The notes beneath the pieces are model-generated. The model did no database searches, had not been told where the DNA came from, and saw only the letters and a program-made list of their open reading frames with translations. A DNA stretch of 64,000 nt. Origin: an uncultured Actinomycetes bacterium. GTDB taxonomy: Bacteria > Actinomycetota > Thermoleophilia > RBG-16-64-13. This document shows positions 35,111 to 44,373 of the stretch, in pieces (position 1 is the stretch's first letter; the number at the start of each line of letters is the position of its first letter). The stretch covers positions 7,454 to 71,453 of the forward strand of contig CAVVEI010000019.1 of assembly GCA_963747275.1 (NCBI GenBank), written 5' to 3'. The translations under genes were made by a program, and so were the position numbers.

Positions 35111-35929
35111 CTACCCGCTCAGGCGAAGCGGAACGTAGTCTCTGAAGATCCCTCCATCGAGATCCTGAGCCAGTAATCCCACCACGTAGTCACCGGGAAA
35201 GAGTCTATCGACGACTACCCTAAGCGGATACGAGCCCAACTCTAGGGTATCCGCCACCGCCGGGGTGATCTCCCATCCGCTAGCGGTCGTCGAGGGAGTG
35301 AACACCTGTGCGAAGGGGGTGAAGCGATCGCCGTGCCCGGGGGTCACTACCTTGGGGCCGGACAGCTTGGCCTGCTCAGTGTATGTGATGGCCCGCTTCA
35401 AGCCGCCGTCACTCGTGAAGCCTAACAGCGCCCGGAGCGGCTCTGCTTGCCCAGCCGACTGGTATAGCCCACCCTGGCGATACCCTGAGGTCAAGTATGC
35501 CTCAGGCAGGGCGAAACAGAACGCCAAGTGCGCCCCATCGGTAGCCAGCCGAAGAAAAGGGCGCATCTTGACTCTTAGATCCACGGTCTCACCCCAATCC
35601 GGGCGCGTGATACCGCTGCTGCCGTCGCTGCGATCCGCTCTGACGTACTCCCGCAACACAGGACCGTAGTACCTGTCCAGATGGGGGTCCTTGAGCAGCA
35701 GTTCGGTATAGAGGTAAGCGATATTGGGCCCGCTCACCCGACCGGTGATCATAAGAGTATCTCCCTCCGGCTCCACCCTGAGTCCGGCGATCTGTAAGCT
35801 GCCCCCGCCAGAGTCCGGTGCCGCCACGCGCTGTGCGGCGTCGGCGCCGCCGGCTACGCCTGCTGGCTCCGCCTGGCTGAAGAGATGCAGTTCACCACCC
35901 TTGTGTACGTAGCTCTGCAGTAATCCCAT
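35111..35929 (-). CDS. hypothetical protein paralogous to the C-terminal region of the adjacent C11 protease
   Basis: This 272-aa ORF has no signal peptide and lies 27 nt downstream of the C11 gene. Collinear matches by eye are SGPNIAYLYTELL vs TGANVAEVYYYVA, DWGETVDLRVKMRPFLRLATDGAHLAF vs HWGKDSPVSVEFEWLPVLHYLSGGDDERDVLAF, and PLRVVVDRLFPGDYVVGLLAQDLDGGIFRDYVPLRL vs SLRLVAQDAEPGEYALCIGIEDMDGNLLWDYASVTV. Confidence 0.6.
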   Translation of the reverse strand: MGLLQSYVHKGGELHLFSQAEPAGVAGGADAAQRVAAPDSGGGSLQIAGLRVEPEGDTLMITGRVSGPNIAYLYTELLLKDPHLDRYYGPVLREYVRADRSDGSSGITRPDWGETVDLRVKMRPFLRLATDGAHLAFCFALPEAYLTSGYRQGGLYQSAGQAEPLRALLGFTSDGGLKRAITYTEQAKLSGPKVVTPGHGDRFTPFAQVFTPSTTASGWEITPAVADTLELGSYPLRVVVDRLFPGDYVVGLLAQDLDGGIFRDYVPLRLSG

Positions 35930-35955
35930 CTATCGCAACCTATCCATCTCGCCGT

Positions 35956-38319
35956 CTACTCGGTGACTGTGACGCTCGCATAATCCCAGAGCAAGTTACC
36001 ATCCATATCTTCGATGCCTATGCAAAGCGCATACTCGCCAGGCTCGGCGTCTTGGGCGACAAGTCGCAAGGAGTCCTCTCCGAAGACAAAAACGTCCCCC
36101 TCGTAGTCTACGGGCTCGCTCCCGAGACCGTTGCCGTAGTCGACGAACTCGTTCGCCACAGAGAAGACATCGCCACGCACAGGCAGGATCTCGTGCCAGT
36201 ACTCGACATCGAACCAAGCACTGGGACAGTAGCCCCAGATGCCAAGCAGCTCTCCTCGTCCATCGAATTCTATCTGCGCATACACGGCTTCACCAGTGTT
36301 GAAGAATTGATACGAGCCCATGACGGTGTAACTTGCGCCGGGGCTGGCCGAGCTAAGGTAGCCCGGCTGCACGAAGGCAAGCACATCCCTTTCGTCGTCC
36401 CCGCCGCTGAGATAGTGGAGCACCGGAAGCCATTCGAACTCGACCGACACAGGGCTGTCTTTCCCCCAGTGCGCAAGACCAAGTCCGCCCACCTCCTCCG
36501 TGGTCGGGCAGTCGATGTATCCCGCTTCAGCGCACAGGTAGGAGTCTTGCTCTTCTACATACCGGGCGACGTAGTAGTAGACCTCGGCGACGTTTGCCCC
36601 CGTCACTTCGGTAGATAGCGTCACTGTCTCTCGACTATTGACTCTGGACCTGGACGCGATCGGATCAGAGAGCTTCACCCCTCCCGCCCCTGGCGCGACC
36701 ACCTTGTCATCAACGGCGAGCACGGACCTGCCGGTCGCGTCGGAGAAGTCATGGTTTGCAGCCTGTCCGGCGGTCAGCACGCTCAGGTCGAATGCCTTGG
36801 AGTCGATAGGGCGACCGGCAAAATGATAGGTGAGGTAGTCGTCCCAGAGTGAAGCAGCAGCGAAACGGGCCACTGACCTGGGATAGGAGTCGTCCTCATC
36901 GCAGAAGGCCCACTCGTATTCCTCTGAGAGAGGAAAGTAGACGGCCATCCCGGCGGAACCCGGGCGCTCGGACCCGTGGCGCTCGGCAACTACCGCCTCA
37001 TCCAAGGCCTCCTTGACCTCGACGCCGGCCACAGTCACCTCAGGGTCGTCAGTGAGTGCGAGCAACATGTCCACGAGGCTGCCCAAGTCGACCACCGAGG
37101 GAGGCCCCGGCTTGTTCGCACTTGGCGAACCGTACAGAGATTCGTAGGACTGAGCATACGTCCGCGCCTTGGCCACCAAGCCCTGGTCGAGAGAGGCAAG
37201 GGCGACCGCCAGACGGTTGAGCGCCGCGTTGACCTCGGTCATCTTGCCCAGATCGATCGCGGCCAGTGTGCAGTCACGCAAGAGATTGTCTATGGCCTCC
37301 TGGGCCGTGTAGTCTCCACCTGTCCAGCTTTCGCGGGCGTCATCATCCAGGAGACGCGCCTTTTGCTCTATGAAAGACTCCACCATCACTTTGCCCAGCT
37401 CAGCCCCGGTCATGGCCGGGTCATCTGTAAGCTGCTGTAAGAGACTCGCGTAGCTGAACCCCAAGGAGGTAGAAACCTCTTCTGAGGCCACCGCATAGCG
37501 GGCATGCGGCGCCAGAGCGCTCATGACCTCGACTTCCGACATCAGACAGGCGTCGAAGCCCACCAACTCGAAGGCATCAATGCCCGCATCTGCAACCACT
37601 GCCGCCAAAGCGGCATCGAGCTCCGGCATACTCAGCCAGTCCCCCTCATCCGGCTCGTCATCGTACCAGCCCCCGTACCAGCCGGAACCGTGGTCGGACA
37701 GCAGCAGGACGTAGTGCTCAGAAGGGTATTTGGAGACAGCCCAGGCGACAAAATCGTATAGGGTCTGCGGGTCGCCCATGCTGAGCTCGCCCAGGTACCC
37801 CGAGACCTCCGACGCCAATGTCTGGAGGTCGTCGTCCTTCTCCAGGAGAAACCGCTGGGTGACCACGGTGCCGCCGTCCTCTTCGTCGCTGCCCACGCAC
37901 CTATCGAGCTGGGCGACTATCTTCACCTGCTCGGTGGAACCCACAGATTCGGCCTCGTTGACACTGAAGACTATGTCCTCCTCCAGCAACTGGTCCTCCG
38001 CGTCGGCGTAGAGCATCACCAGCCAGGTATCCGGGGCGCCCGCAACAGGCTCCACGGCCCTGCGCTCAAGAAGATCAAGGGCAGCGGAGCTTTCAGGAGT
38101 GAACCCCACACCCAGGCCGGCCACAACGGCCACGGCCGCCAAGCCCTCCACGACAGCCCGAAGACATACTCTCGAACGCCGGGACTCAAGAAGCCTCACA
38201 GACCTCAGACGCTCCCAACACGTGCGCCACTGGTCAACCCACATAGTCGCCTCCAACTCGGCATACGCAAATACTCTTCTGGGAAAGTATCGTACAGAAC
38301 GCTCCGGACATGAAGTCAC
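35956..38319 (-). CDS. clostripain-family (peptidase C11) protease with N-terminal membrane anchor and large C-terminal extension
   Basis: This 787-aa ORF has WLVMLYADAED, the catalytic His context VLLLSDHGSGWYG and the Cys context LVGFDACLMSEVEV. The anchor is GLAAVAVVAGLGVGF. The real start may be the internal M at 38244. Confidence 0.75.
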   Translation of the reverse strand: MTSCPERSVRYFPRRVFAYAELEATMWVDQWRTCWERLRSVRLLESRRSRVCLRAVVEGLAAVAVVAGLGVGFTPESSAALDLLERRAVEPVAGAPDTWLVMLYADAEDQLLEEDIVFSVNEAESVGSTEQVKIVAQLDRCVGSDEEDGGTVVTQRFLLEKDDDLQTLASEVSGYLGELSMGDPQTLYDFVAWAVSKYPSEHYVLLLSDHGSGWYGGWYDDEPDEGDWLSMPELDAALAAVVADAGIDAFELVGFDACLMSEVEVMSALAPHARYAVASEEVSTSLGFSYASLLQQLTDDPAMTGAELGKVMVESFIEQKARLLDDDARESWTGGDYTAQEAIDNLLRDCTLAAIDLGKMTEVNAALNRLAVALASLDQGLVAKARTYAQSYESLYGSPSANKPGPPSVVDLGSLVDMLLALTDDPEVTVAGVEVKEALDEAVVAERHGSERPGSAGMAVYFPLSEEYEWAFCDEDDSYPRSVARFAAASLWDDYLTYHFAGRPIDSKAFDLSVLTAGQAANHDFSDATGRSVLAVDDKVVAPGAGGVKLSDPIASRSRVNSRETVTLSTEVTGANVAEVYYYVARYVEEQDSYLCAEAGYIDCPTTEEVGGLGLAHWGKDSPVSVEFEWLPVLHYLSGGDDERDVLAFVQPGYLSSASPGASYTVMGSYQFFNTGEAVYAQIEFDGRGELLGIWGYCPSAWFDVEYWHEILPVRGDVFSVANEFVDYGNGLGSEPVDYEGDVFVFGEDSLRLVAQDAEPGEYALCIGIEDMDGNLLWDYASVTVTE

Positions 38320-38334
38320 TGAGGGTGGTGCACT

Positions 38335-38988
38335 TTGGAGGAATCGGATCCGCAGATGCCAGATCTCCCGAACGAGCCACTCGCCGAATACAGGCGCAAG
38401 CGCGACTTCGACCTCACCGCCGAGCCCGCGGGGGGTGACCCAGACACCGGCGCCGCTTCAACAGCCCGCCTGCTGTTCGTTGTTCAGAAGCACGCCGCCT
38501 CGAGTCTGCACTACGACTTCAGGCTGGAGTTGGATGGTGTGCTCAAGTCATGGGCCGTACCCAAGGGCCCCTCTCTCGACCCCGCCGACAAAAGGCTCGC
38601 CGTCATGACCGAGGACCACCCACTGGAGTACGCGTCGTTCGAAGGGGTCATCCCTGCGGGTGAATATGGTGGTGGCACCGTGCTCGTCTGGGACGCAGGG
38701 TGGTGGGAACCCGACCTGGCCTGGATCAAGACCGCCAAGGAGTCCGCACCGCTCGACCCCAGGGACGCCCTCGCCAAAGGCGAACTCAAGATAGTCCTTC
38801 ACGGAGCCAAGCTCTCCGGAAGTTGGGCCCTTGTCCAGATGAAGGGCCGGGGGGAGAAGAACTGGCTGCTGATCAAGCACCGGGACGAGTCCTCCCAGTC
38901 CGGCACGAGCATCGTCGAGGTAGCCCCTCACTCAGCCATCACCGGGCGCTCACTCGAACAGGTCGCCGCCGATGCGGCGAGCCACTAG
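38335..38988 (+). CDS. stand-alone DNA ligase D 3'-phosphoesterase (LigD-PE) domain protein
   Basis: LAEYRRKRDF, FVVQKHAASSLHYDFRLELDGVLKSWAVPKGPSLDP and GEYGGGTVLVWD are the characteristic PE-domain motifs. Confidence 0.85.
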   Translation: MEESDPQMPDLPNEPLAEYRRKRDFDLTAEPAGGDPDTGAASTARLLFVVQKHAASSLHYDFRLELDGVLKSWAVPKGPSLDPADKRLAVMTEDHPLEYASFEGVIPAGEYGGGTVLVWDAGWWEPDLAWIKTAKESAPLDPRDALAKGELKIVLHGAKLSGSWALVQMKGRGEKNWLLIKHRDESSQSGTSIVEVAPHSAITGRSLEQVAADAASH

Positions 38989-38996
38989 GAGGCTCT

Positions 38997-39113
38997 GTGA
39001 AGATACTGGTCTGTGGAGCCACGGGATTCGTCGGCGGTGCCGTCACCCGGCATCTCCTCGGCGACGGCCACGAGGTGCGAGCGCTCTCCATCCATATGGG
39101 CACGACGGTCTAG
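38997..39113 (+). pseudogene. remnant of an NAD(P)-binding (NmrA/SDR-type) gene, only ~38 codons
   Basis: A GTG start opens VKILVCGATGFVGGAVTRHLLGDGHEVRAL (Rossmann GxxGxxG) and is followed by an early stop 10 nt before the convergent cysK stop. Confidence 0.5.
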
Positions 39114-39122
39114 GCGGACAGT

Positions 39123-40070
39123 CTAGGCAAACAGTTCGGTGGAGAGGTAACGCTCGCCGGCGTCGGGCAGTATGACCACCATGGTCTTGCCGTCGAACTC
39201 ACCCGAAGCGGCCAGCCGTGCGGCCGCCGCCGCCGCGGCGCCGCTCGATATGCCGCACAGGATGCCCTCCTCTTTGGCCAATCGCCGGGCCATCTCCATT
39301 GCCTCTTCGCTGGTGACCGGTTCGACGCGGTCCACCAGGGATATGTCGAGATTCTTGGGGAGGAAGCCGGCTCCGATGCCTTGGATCTTGTGCGCCCCCG
39401 GTTTGAGCTCCTGACCTGCCAGGGTCTGGCTGATGATCGGACTGGCCGCGGGCTCCACTGCCACCGAGTACAAGGGCTGCTTCTTGACCACCTCGAAGTA
39501 CCGGGAGATGCCGGTCAGAGTCCCCCCGGTCCCTACCCCCACAACCAGGACGTCCACTCGGCCGTCGGTGTCGGCGAAGATCTCAGGGCCCGTAGTGGTC
39601 TCGTGAATGGCCGGATTGGCGGGGTTGCCGAACTGGTCGGGCAAGAAGTACCGCTCCGGGTCGCTCGCAGCCAACTCTTCGGCGGCCCGCACAGCACCCT
39701 TCATGCCCTCGGTGCCCGGCGTGAGAAGCAGTTCGGCCCCCAGATAGGCGAGCACTTTGCGTCGCTCCAGACTCATGGTCTCGGGCATGGTGAGGGTCAA
39801 CTTGTACCCGCGCGCGGCGCACACATAAGCCAGGGCGATACCGGTGTTACCACTGGTGGGCTCGACGATAGTGGTCTGCGGCCCGATGCAACCCTTCTCC
39901 TCTGCATCCCAGATCATCGACGCCCCCACTCGGCACTTGACTGAGTAGGCAGGGTTTCGTCCCTCTATCTTGGCCAGAACCGTAGCCTGGTTCTTACCGG
40001 TCACCCTGTTCAGCCTGACCAAAGGAGTCCGGCCTATGGATAGGGAGTTGTCCGCGTATATGGTGGCCAT
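39123..40070 (-). CDS. cysK: cysteine synthase A (O-acetylserine sulfhydrylase)
   Basis: Intact 315-aa ORF with NPAYSVKCR (PLP lysine), [10 protein letters not shown] and [10 protein letters not shown]. Confidence 0.9.
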   Translation of the reverse strand: MATIYADNSLSIGRTPLVRLNRVTGKNQATVLAKIEGRNPAYSVKCRVGASMIWDAEEKGCIGPQTTIVEPTSGNTGIALAYVCAARGYKLTLTMPETMSLERRKVLAYLGAELLLTPGTEGMKGAVRAAEELAASDPERYFLPDQFGNPANPAIHETTTGPEIFADTDGRVDVLVVGVGTGGTLTGISRYFEVVKKQPLYSVAVEPAASPIISQTLAGQELKPGAHKIQGIGAGFLPKNLDISLVDRVEPVTSEEAMEMARRLAKEEGILCGISSGAAAAAAARLAASGEFDGKTMVVILPDAGERYLSTELFA

Positions 40071-40113
40071 GACTTGCTCCTTGTCCTCGCCCTCAAGGGC
40101 TGCCGGACGTCCC

Positions 40114-41446
40114 CTAGGACGCCGGCTTCTCTGCCGCCCGCAACGCTTGGTCTAGGTCGGCGATGATGTCGGCCACGTTTTCGATGCCCACCGATACCCT
40201 CACCAGCCCAGGCGTGACGCCGGCTTTGAGTTGCTCGGCAGGGGCGAGTTGCTGGTGTGTAGTGCTGGCCGGGTGTATGACCAAGGTCTTCGCATCGAGG
40301 ATGTTGGCTACGTGCGACGCCAGCTTCACTGAGTCGATGAAGCGCTTGCCTGCCTCCAGACCGCCCTTGATCTCGAAGGCCAACAGTGCCCCGGGGCCCA
40401 GTGGAAAGAAGCGCTTGGCACGCTCATGGTCGGGGTGGCCGGGCAGACCGGCGTAGTCCACCGAAGCCACCTGGGGATGGTCCTTGAGAAACTCCGCCAC
40501 CGACTTGGCGTTTGCCAGATGAGCCCGCGCCCTGAGCGGCAGGGTCTCCAATCCCTGGATGAACAACCAGGAGTTGAAGGGCGAGAGAGAAGCTCCCAGG
40601 TCGCGCAACAGCCCCGCGCGGATCTTCAGCGCATACGCCTGCCCCCGCGCCACGGCCTTGTCGTGATCACCAAAGGCCTCCCAGAAGTTGAGTCCGTGGT
40701 AGGCCGGGTCTGGCTCGGTTATCTCTGGAAACTTGCCGGAAGCCTTCCAGTCGAAGTCGCCCTTCTCCACCACCGCGCCGCCGATGGAGGTGCCGTGCCC
40801 GCCTATCAGTTTGGTGAGCGAATAGACCGCGATATCCGCACCGTAGTCGAACGGGTTGGAGATGGGTGGCGGCGAGACCGTGTTGTCGACTATGAAGGGC
40901 AGCCCATGCCTGTGGGCGACTTCAGCGATAGCCGCGAGGTCATCCACATTGCCCTTAGGGTTGCCGATGGATTCGATGTAGAGCAGACGGGTGTTGTCGT
41001 CTATGGCCCGCTCGAAGTTGGCCGGGTCGCGCGAGTCGACCAAACGAGCTTCTATGCCGAACCGCTTCAACGGTACGGTGAATTGGGTGACCGTGCCGCC
41101 GTACAGTTTGTCGCCGCTGACGAAGTTCTGTCCGGCCGAGGTTATGGCTGCGATTGCGTAGAAGATGGCCGAGGCTCCCGATGAGGTGGCCAGCGCCGCT
41201 GTGCCGCCATGGATGGCGGCCAGTCTCTTCTCGAGCACATCGGTGGTCGGATTGCCCAGGCGTGTAGTAGATATTGCCGAACTGCTTCATCGCGAAGAGG
41301 TCGGCCGCGTGGTCGGCGTCACGGAACAGGTAGCTGGTGGTCTGGTAGATGGGCACAGCCCGAGACAGCGTGTCTTGATCGGGGGTGTGGCCGGCATGCA
41401 GTGCCAGCGTGTCCAGACCGAGGACTCTATCTTCGAAGTCAGTCAT
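40114..41446 (-). CDS. metY: O-acetylhomoserine aminocarboxypropyltransferase/sulfhydrylase (one frameshift near 41250)
   Basis: ORF 40114..41238 has [17 protein letters not shown] (PLP lysine) and [18 protein letters not shown]. The N-terminus [32 protein letters not shown] is in ORF 40955..41476. Confidence 0.85.
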
Positions 41447-41485
41447 CAGAGCGCCTTTCGACTCGTTGATGCGCACGGCAGATGG

Positions 41486-42337
41486 TTAGACGCCCATCTG
41501 GTCCAGCAGACCCGGTAGGTCGGCCAGACTGTCGAGTACGTGGTCGGGCAGGACCCACTCCCCCGTGATCTCCGCCCGCCAGAGATCTTCGTTGGTGGTC
41601 ACCCCGGTAAGGGTCAGCGCCGCCATCATGCCCGCGGCCTTGGCCATGGCGATGTCGGTGCTCAGGCGGTCCCCCACGAACAGGGTCTCGGCCGCGGGCA
41701 CCTCCGTTATGGCAGCCAAGGTCTCGGCCAATGTCATGCTGGGCTTGCCCACGACCACCGGCTCACTCTCTGCAGCGGCGCTCACCGCCGCCACCAGGGA
41801 CCCGGCTCCTGGCAGCAGACCGTGCGCCGTAGGAAAGGTGACGTCGCTGTTGGTGGCCACATAGAGGGCCCCAGCCCTGATGGCCTTCTGGGCCGCGGCC
41901 AGTGTCTTGTAGGTGAAGGCCCGGTCCATACCGACCACGACGGCGGCAGGCTCGACTCCCCGGGGCGCCTCGGCGACCGGGGAAGCCTCGAAGCCTGCCT
42001 CGCGCAGCTCGCGCAGCAGACCAGCTTCGCCCACCACCAAGACCACACCGCCCTCGGGTACCCGCGACCTGAGCCATTGTCCGCAGACGAACCCCGACGT
42101 TAGCACGCGTTCGATGCCGGCAGGCAGGCCGGCAGCCGCCAGACGCTCCGAGACCTCCTCGCGATGCGCGGTGGAGTTATTGCTGACGTAGCGCAGATCG
42201 AGCCCTCGGCGAAGCGCATCATCCAGCGCGTCCCCCGCCCCTGCGATGACGGCACTCCCACGCCAGACGACGCCGTCCAAGTCCAGGGCGAGCAACCTGG
42301 GCCGCGGGTCCGCCAAGGCTTCGTTCCCCTTGCCCAT
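41486..42337 (-). CDS. HAD-superfamily hydrolase, subfamily IIA (NagD-like)
   Basis: Has LLALDLDGVVWRG (DxD nucleophile motif) and FVGDRLSTDI. The start is taken at the internal MGKGNE, whose ATG overlaps the upstream TGA (TGATG). Confidence 0.75.
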   Translation of the reverse strand: MGKGNEALADPRPRLLALDLDGVVWRGSAVIAGAGDALDDALRRGLDLRYVSNNSTAHREEVSERLAAAGLPAGIERVLTSGFVCGQWLRSRVPEGGVVLVVGEAGLLRELREAGFEASPVAEAPRGVEPAAVVVGMDRAFTYKTLAAAQKAIRAGALYVATNSDVTFPTAHGLLPGAGSLVAAVSAAAESEPVVVGKPSMTLAETLAAITEVPAAETLFVGDRLSTDIAMAKAAGMMAALTLTGVTTNEDLWRAEITGEWVLPDHVLDSLADLPGLLDQMGV

Positions 42338-43530
42338 CAGACCAGCCTCAGCTTGTGCATGACCTTGCCCATACGCGAGTACTCCAAGTCGATCGCAGCC
42401 TGCGGGCACACCTCGTGGCAACAATAGCAGCGTATGCAGATTGAATAGTCGACCTTAGCCACTTTGGGCTTCTTGTCCAGCGTGATGGCCTTGACCGGGC
42501 AGGCTCTCTCGCAGGCGCCGCAGACAGTGCAGGGCCCTACCTTGGGTATGGGCCAACGGTTGAAGCGCCGCAGCATCCTCTTCGCGGGCTCCTCCATGAA
42601 GCGAAGCCTGCCGACCCCCATGCCTTCGTAGCTACCCGGCCGCACGTAGTCCTCCACGCGCAGGTCGGCGATCGACACGCCCAGGGTATCCACGTCGGCC
42701 GCACGGCCGCTCCACAGCCGCCGCTCGCGAGCAGCCATGAGCACCGGCACGTCCTCCACCGGGATGTTCGCTATGCGGCAGCAGGCCACATCCACGTGAA
42801 CTGGGTCCGCGCCGGCCACCAGCGCCCCTATGTAGCGAGGCTGATCCCCCCGTACCAGGGCCGTCACCCTCCATTCCCAGTATCGCGTCCACTATCGAGA
42901 GACGCGGATTCACGAAGTAGGCCACGTCGAGCAGCATATCGGCGAACTGGTGCGGGTCTGGCATCCGGGCGTGAAGCGACGCCTTGTTGAGCCCGGGGAT
43001 GACCCCGAAAAGGTTCTTGGTGGCGCCGGTGAAGATCATGAACATGTGCGTCTTGAACTTGGGCAGGTTGATGACTCCGTCTGCGCGCACGATGGGGCTC
43101 ATGACTTCGAGGCGCTTCGCCACCTTGGCGTCCGGCGCCGAGACATTGTCCCAGGCTGTGTCGAAGCTGAGCTCGAAGCCGTAGCGCTCGGCCATCTCCA
43201 CGTAGCCCACCTTGCGGAAGACCCTCTCGATGACCGGCTTGGCGTGTATGACCCCCGTACCGGGGCTCTCTACCACCACGGGATGGGCGCCGGCCTCCAT
43301 GACCTCCACAGCCACCGCCGCCAACACGACCGGATGCGTGACCACGGCCCGTTCAGGGGGCGCCGGCGAAAGCAGGTTGGGCTTAAGTGCGATGCGCTCC
43401 CCCGGCTTGACGAAGGCCGCCATGCCCCCCAAGGGAGCAAGCACCTCGCGCAGAGCTGCCCGCACCGTCTCGAACTCATAGTCGGCGCAGCGCGCCGCCG
43501 CCACCGCTTGGCGGTCTGCACCGGGTCGAA
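42337..43530 (-). CDS. DUF362 domain protein with C-terminal 2x[4Fe-4S] ferredoxin domain (one frameshift ~42860; start approximate)
   Basis: ORF 42632..43645 has CADYEFETVRAAL, VKPGERIALKPNLL, NLPKFKTHMFMIFTGATKNLFG and AILGMEGDGP. ORF 42337..42867 has CTVCGACERACP and CIRCYCCHEVCP. Confidence 0.7.
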
Positions 43531-43638
43531 CGCACGTACCAGTCAAGTCGCTCTCCACTCCTTGGGGGCGGGACGGGACTGCTATTCTATCTTGTGGGCC
43601 CTGCCCATCGCCGCAAACCGACTGGAGGTCGTTACCCG

Positions 43639-44364
43639 ATGACATCCATGACCTTCACCGGCACGCTTCTCGACAAGATCGCCCGCACCCCAGACGCAGT
43701 CAGCTATCACTTCACACGACCGCCAGAGTACAGCTTTGAGGCCGGCCAGTCTTACAGCCTCACCATCCCGTCCCCCGAAGGGCCTCTGGAGCACCGGTTC
43801 AGTCACGCCGATTCGCCCACCGAGCCCCTTACAGAACTCACCACCCGCCTGACCGGTTCGCCCTTCAAGAACGCCCTTGATTCCCTGCCGCTGGGAGCGG
43901 AGGCGACCTTCAGAGGTCCGGCCGGCCGTTTCGTGTTCCGTCACCAAGCGCCCAAGATCGTCTTCTTGACCGGGGGCATAGGCATCACTCCGGTGCGCAG
44001 CATACTGAGGTACCTCGTGGATACCCACGGAGCCGGCAGGAGTCAGGCACAAGAGCTGGTGCTCCTATATGGCTGCATGACCGAGCGAGGCATCATCTAC
44101 CGGGACGAACTCGACGATTTCGCCCGCCTCCTGCCTGGCCTGCGGGTGATCTACGTGCTCACCGAGCCGCCAGAGGATTGGGGCGGTCGCAGCGGCTTCA
44201 TCACCGCTGAACTCATAGCCGAAGAACTCCATGAGCCCGTGGCGTGGATCTACTACGTCGTAGGGCCTCCACCCATGATCGCCGCCATGGACAGGGTCAC
44301 GGCGCAGTTGGAGATCCCCGCCGTGCAGATGGTCAAGGAGAACTTTGCGGGCTACACCTCCTAG
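43639..44364 (+). CDS. FNR-like FAD/NAD(P)-binding oxidoreductase
   Basis: RFSHADSP (RxYS-like FAD motif) and FLTGGIGITP (NAD-binding motif) in a ~240-aa two-domain layout. Confidence 0.7.
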   Translation: MTSMTFTGTLLDKIARTPDAVSYHFTRPPEYSFEAGQSYSLTIPSPEGPLEHRFSHADSPTEPLTELTTRLTGSPFKNALDSLPLGAEATFRGPAGRFVFRHQAPKIVFLTGGIGITPVRSILRYLVDTHGAGRSQAQELVLLYGCMTERGIIYRDELDDFARLLPGLRVIYVLTEPPEDWGGRSGFITAELIAEELHEPVAWIYYVVGPPPMIAAMDRVTAQLEIPAVQMVKENFAGYTS

Positions 44365-44373
44365 CCTTGCCAC

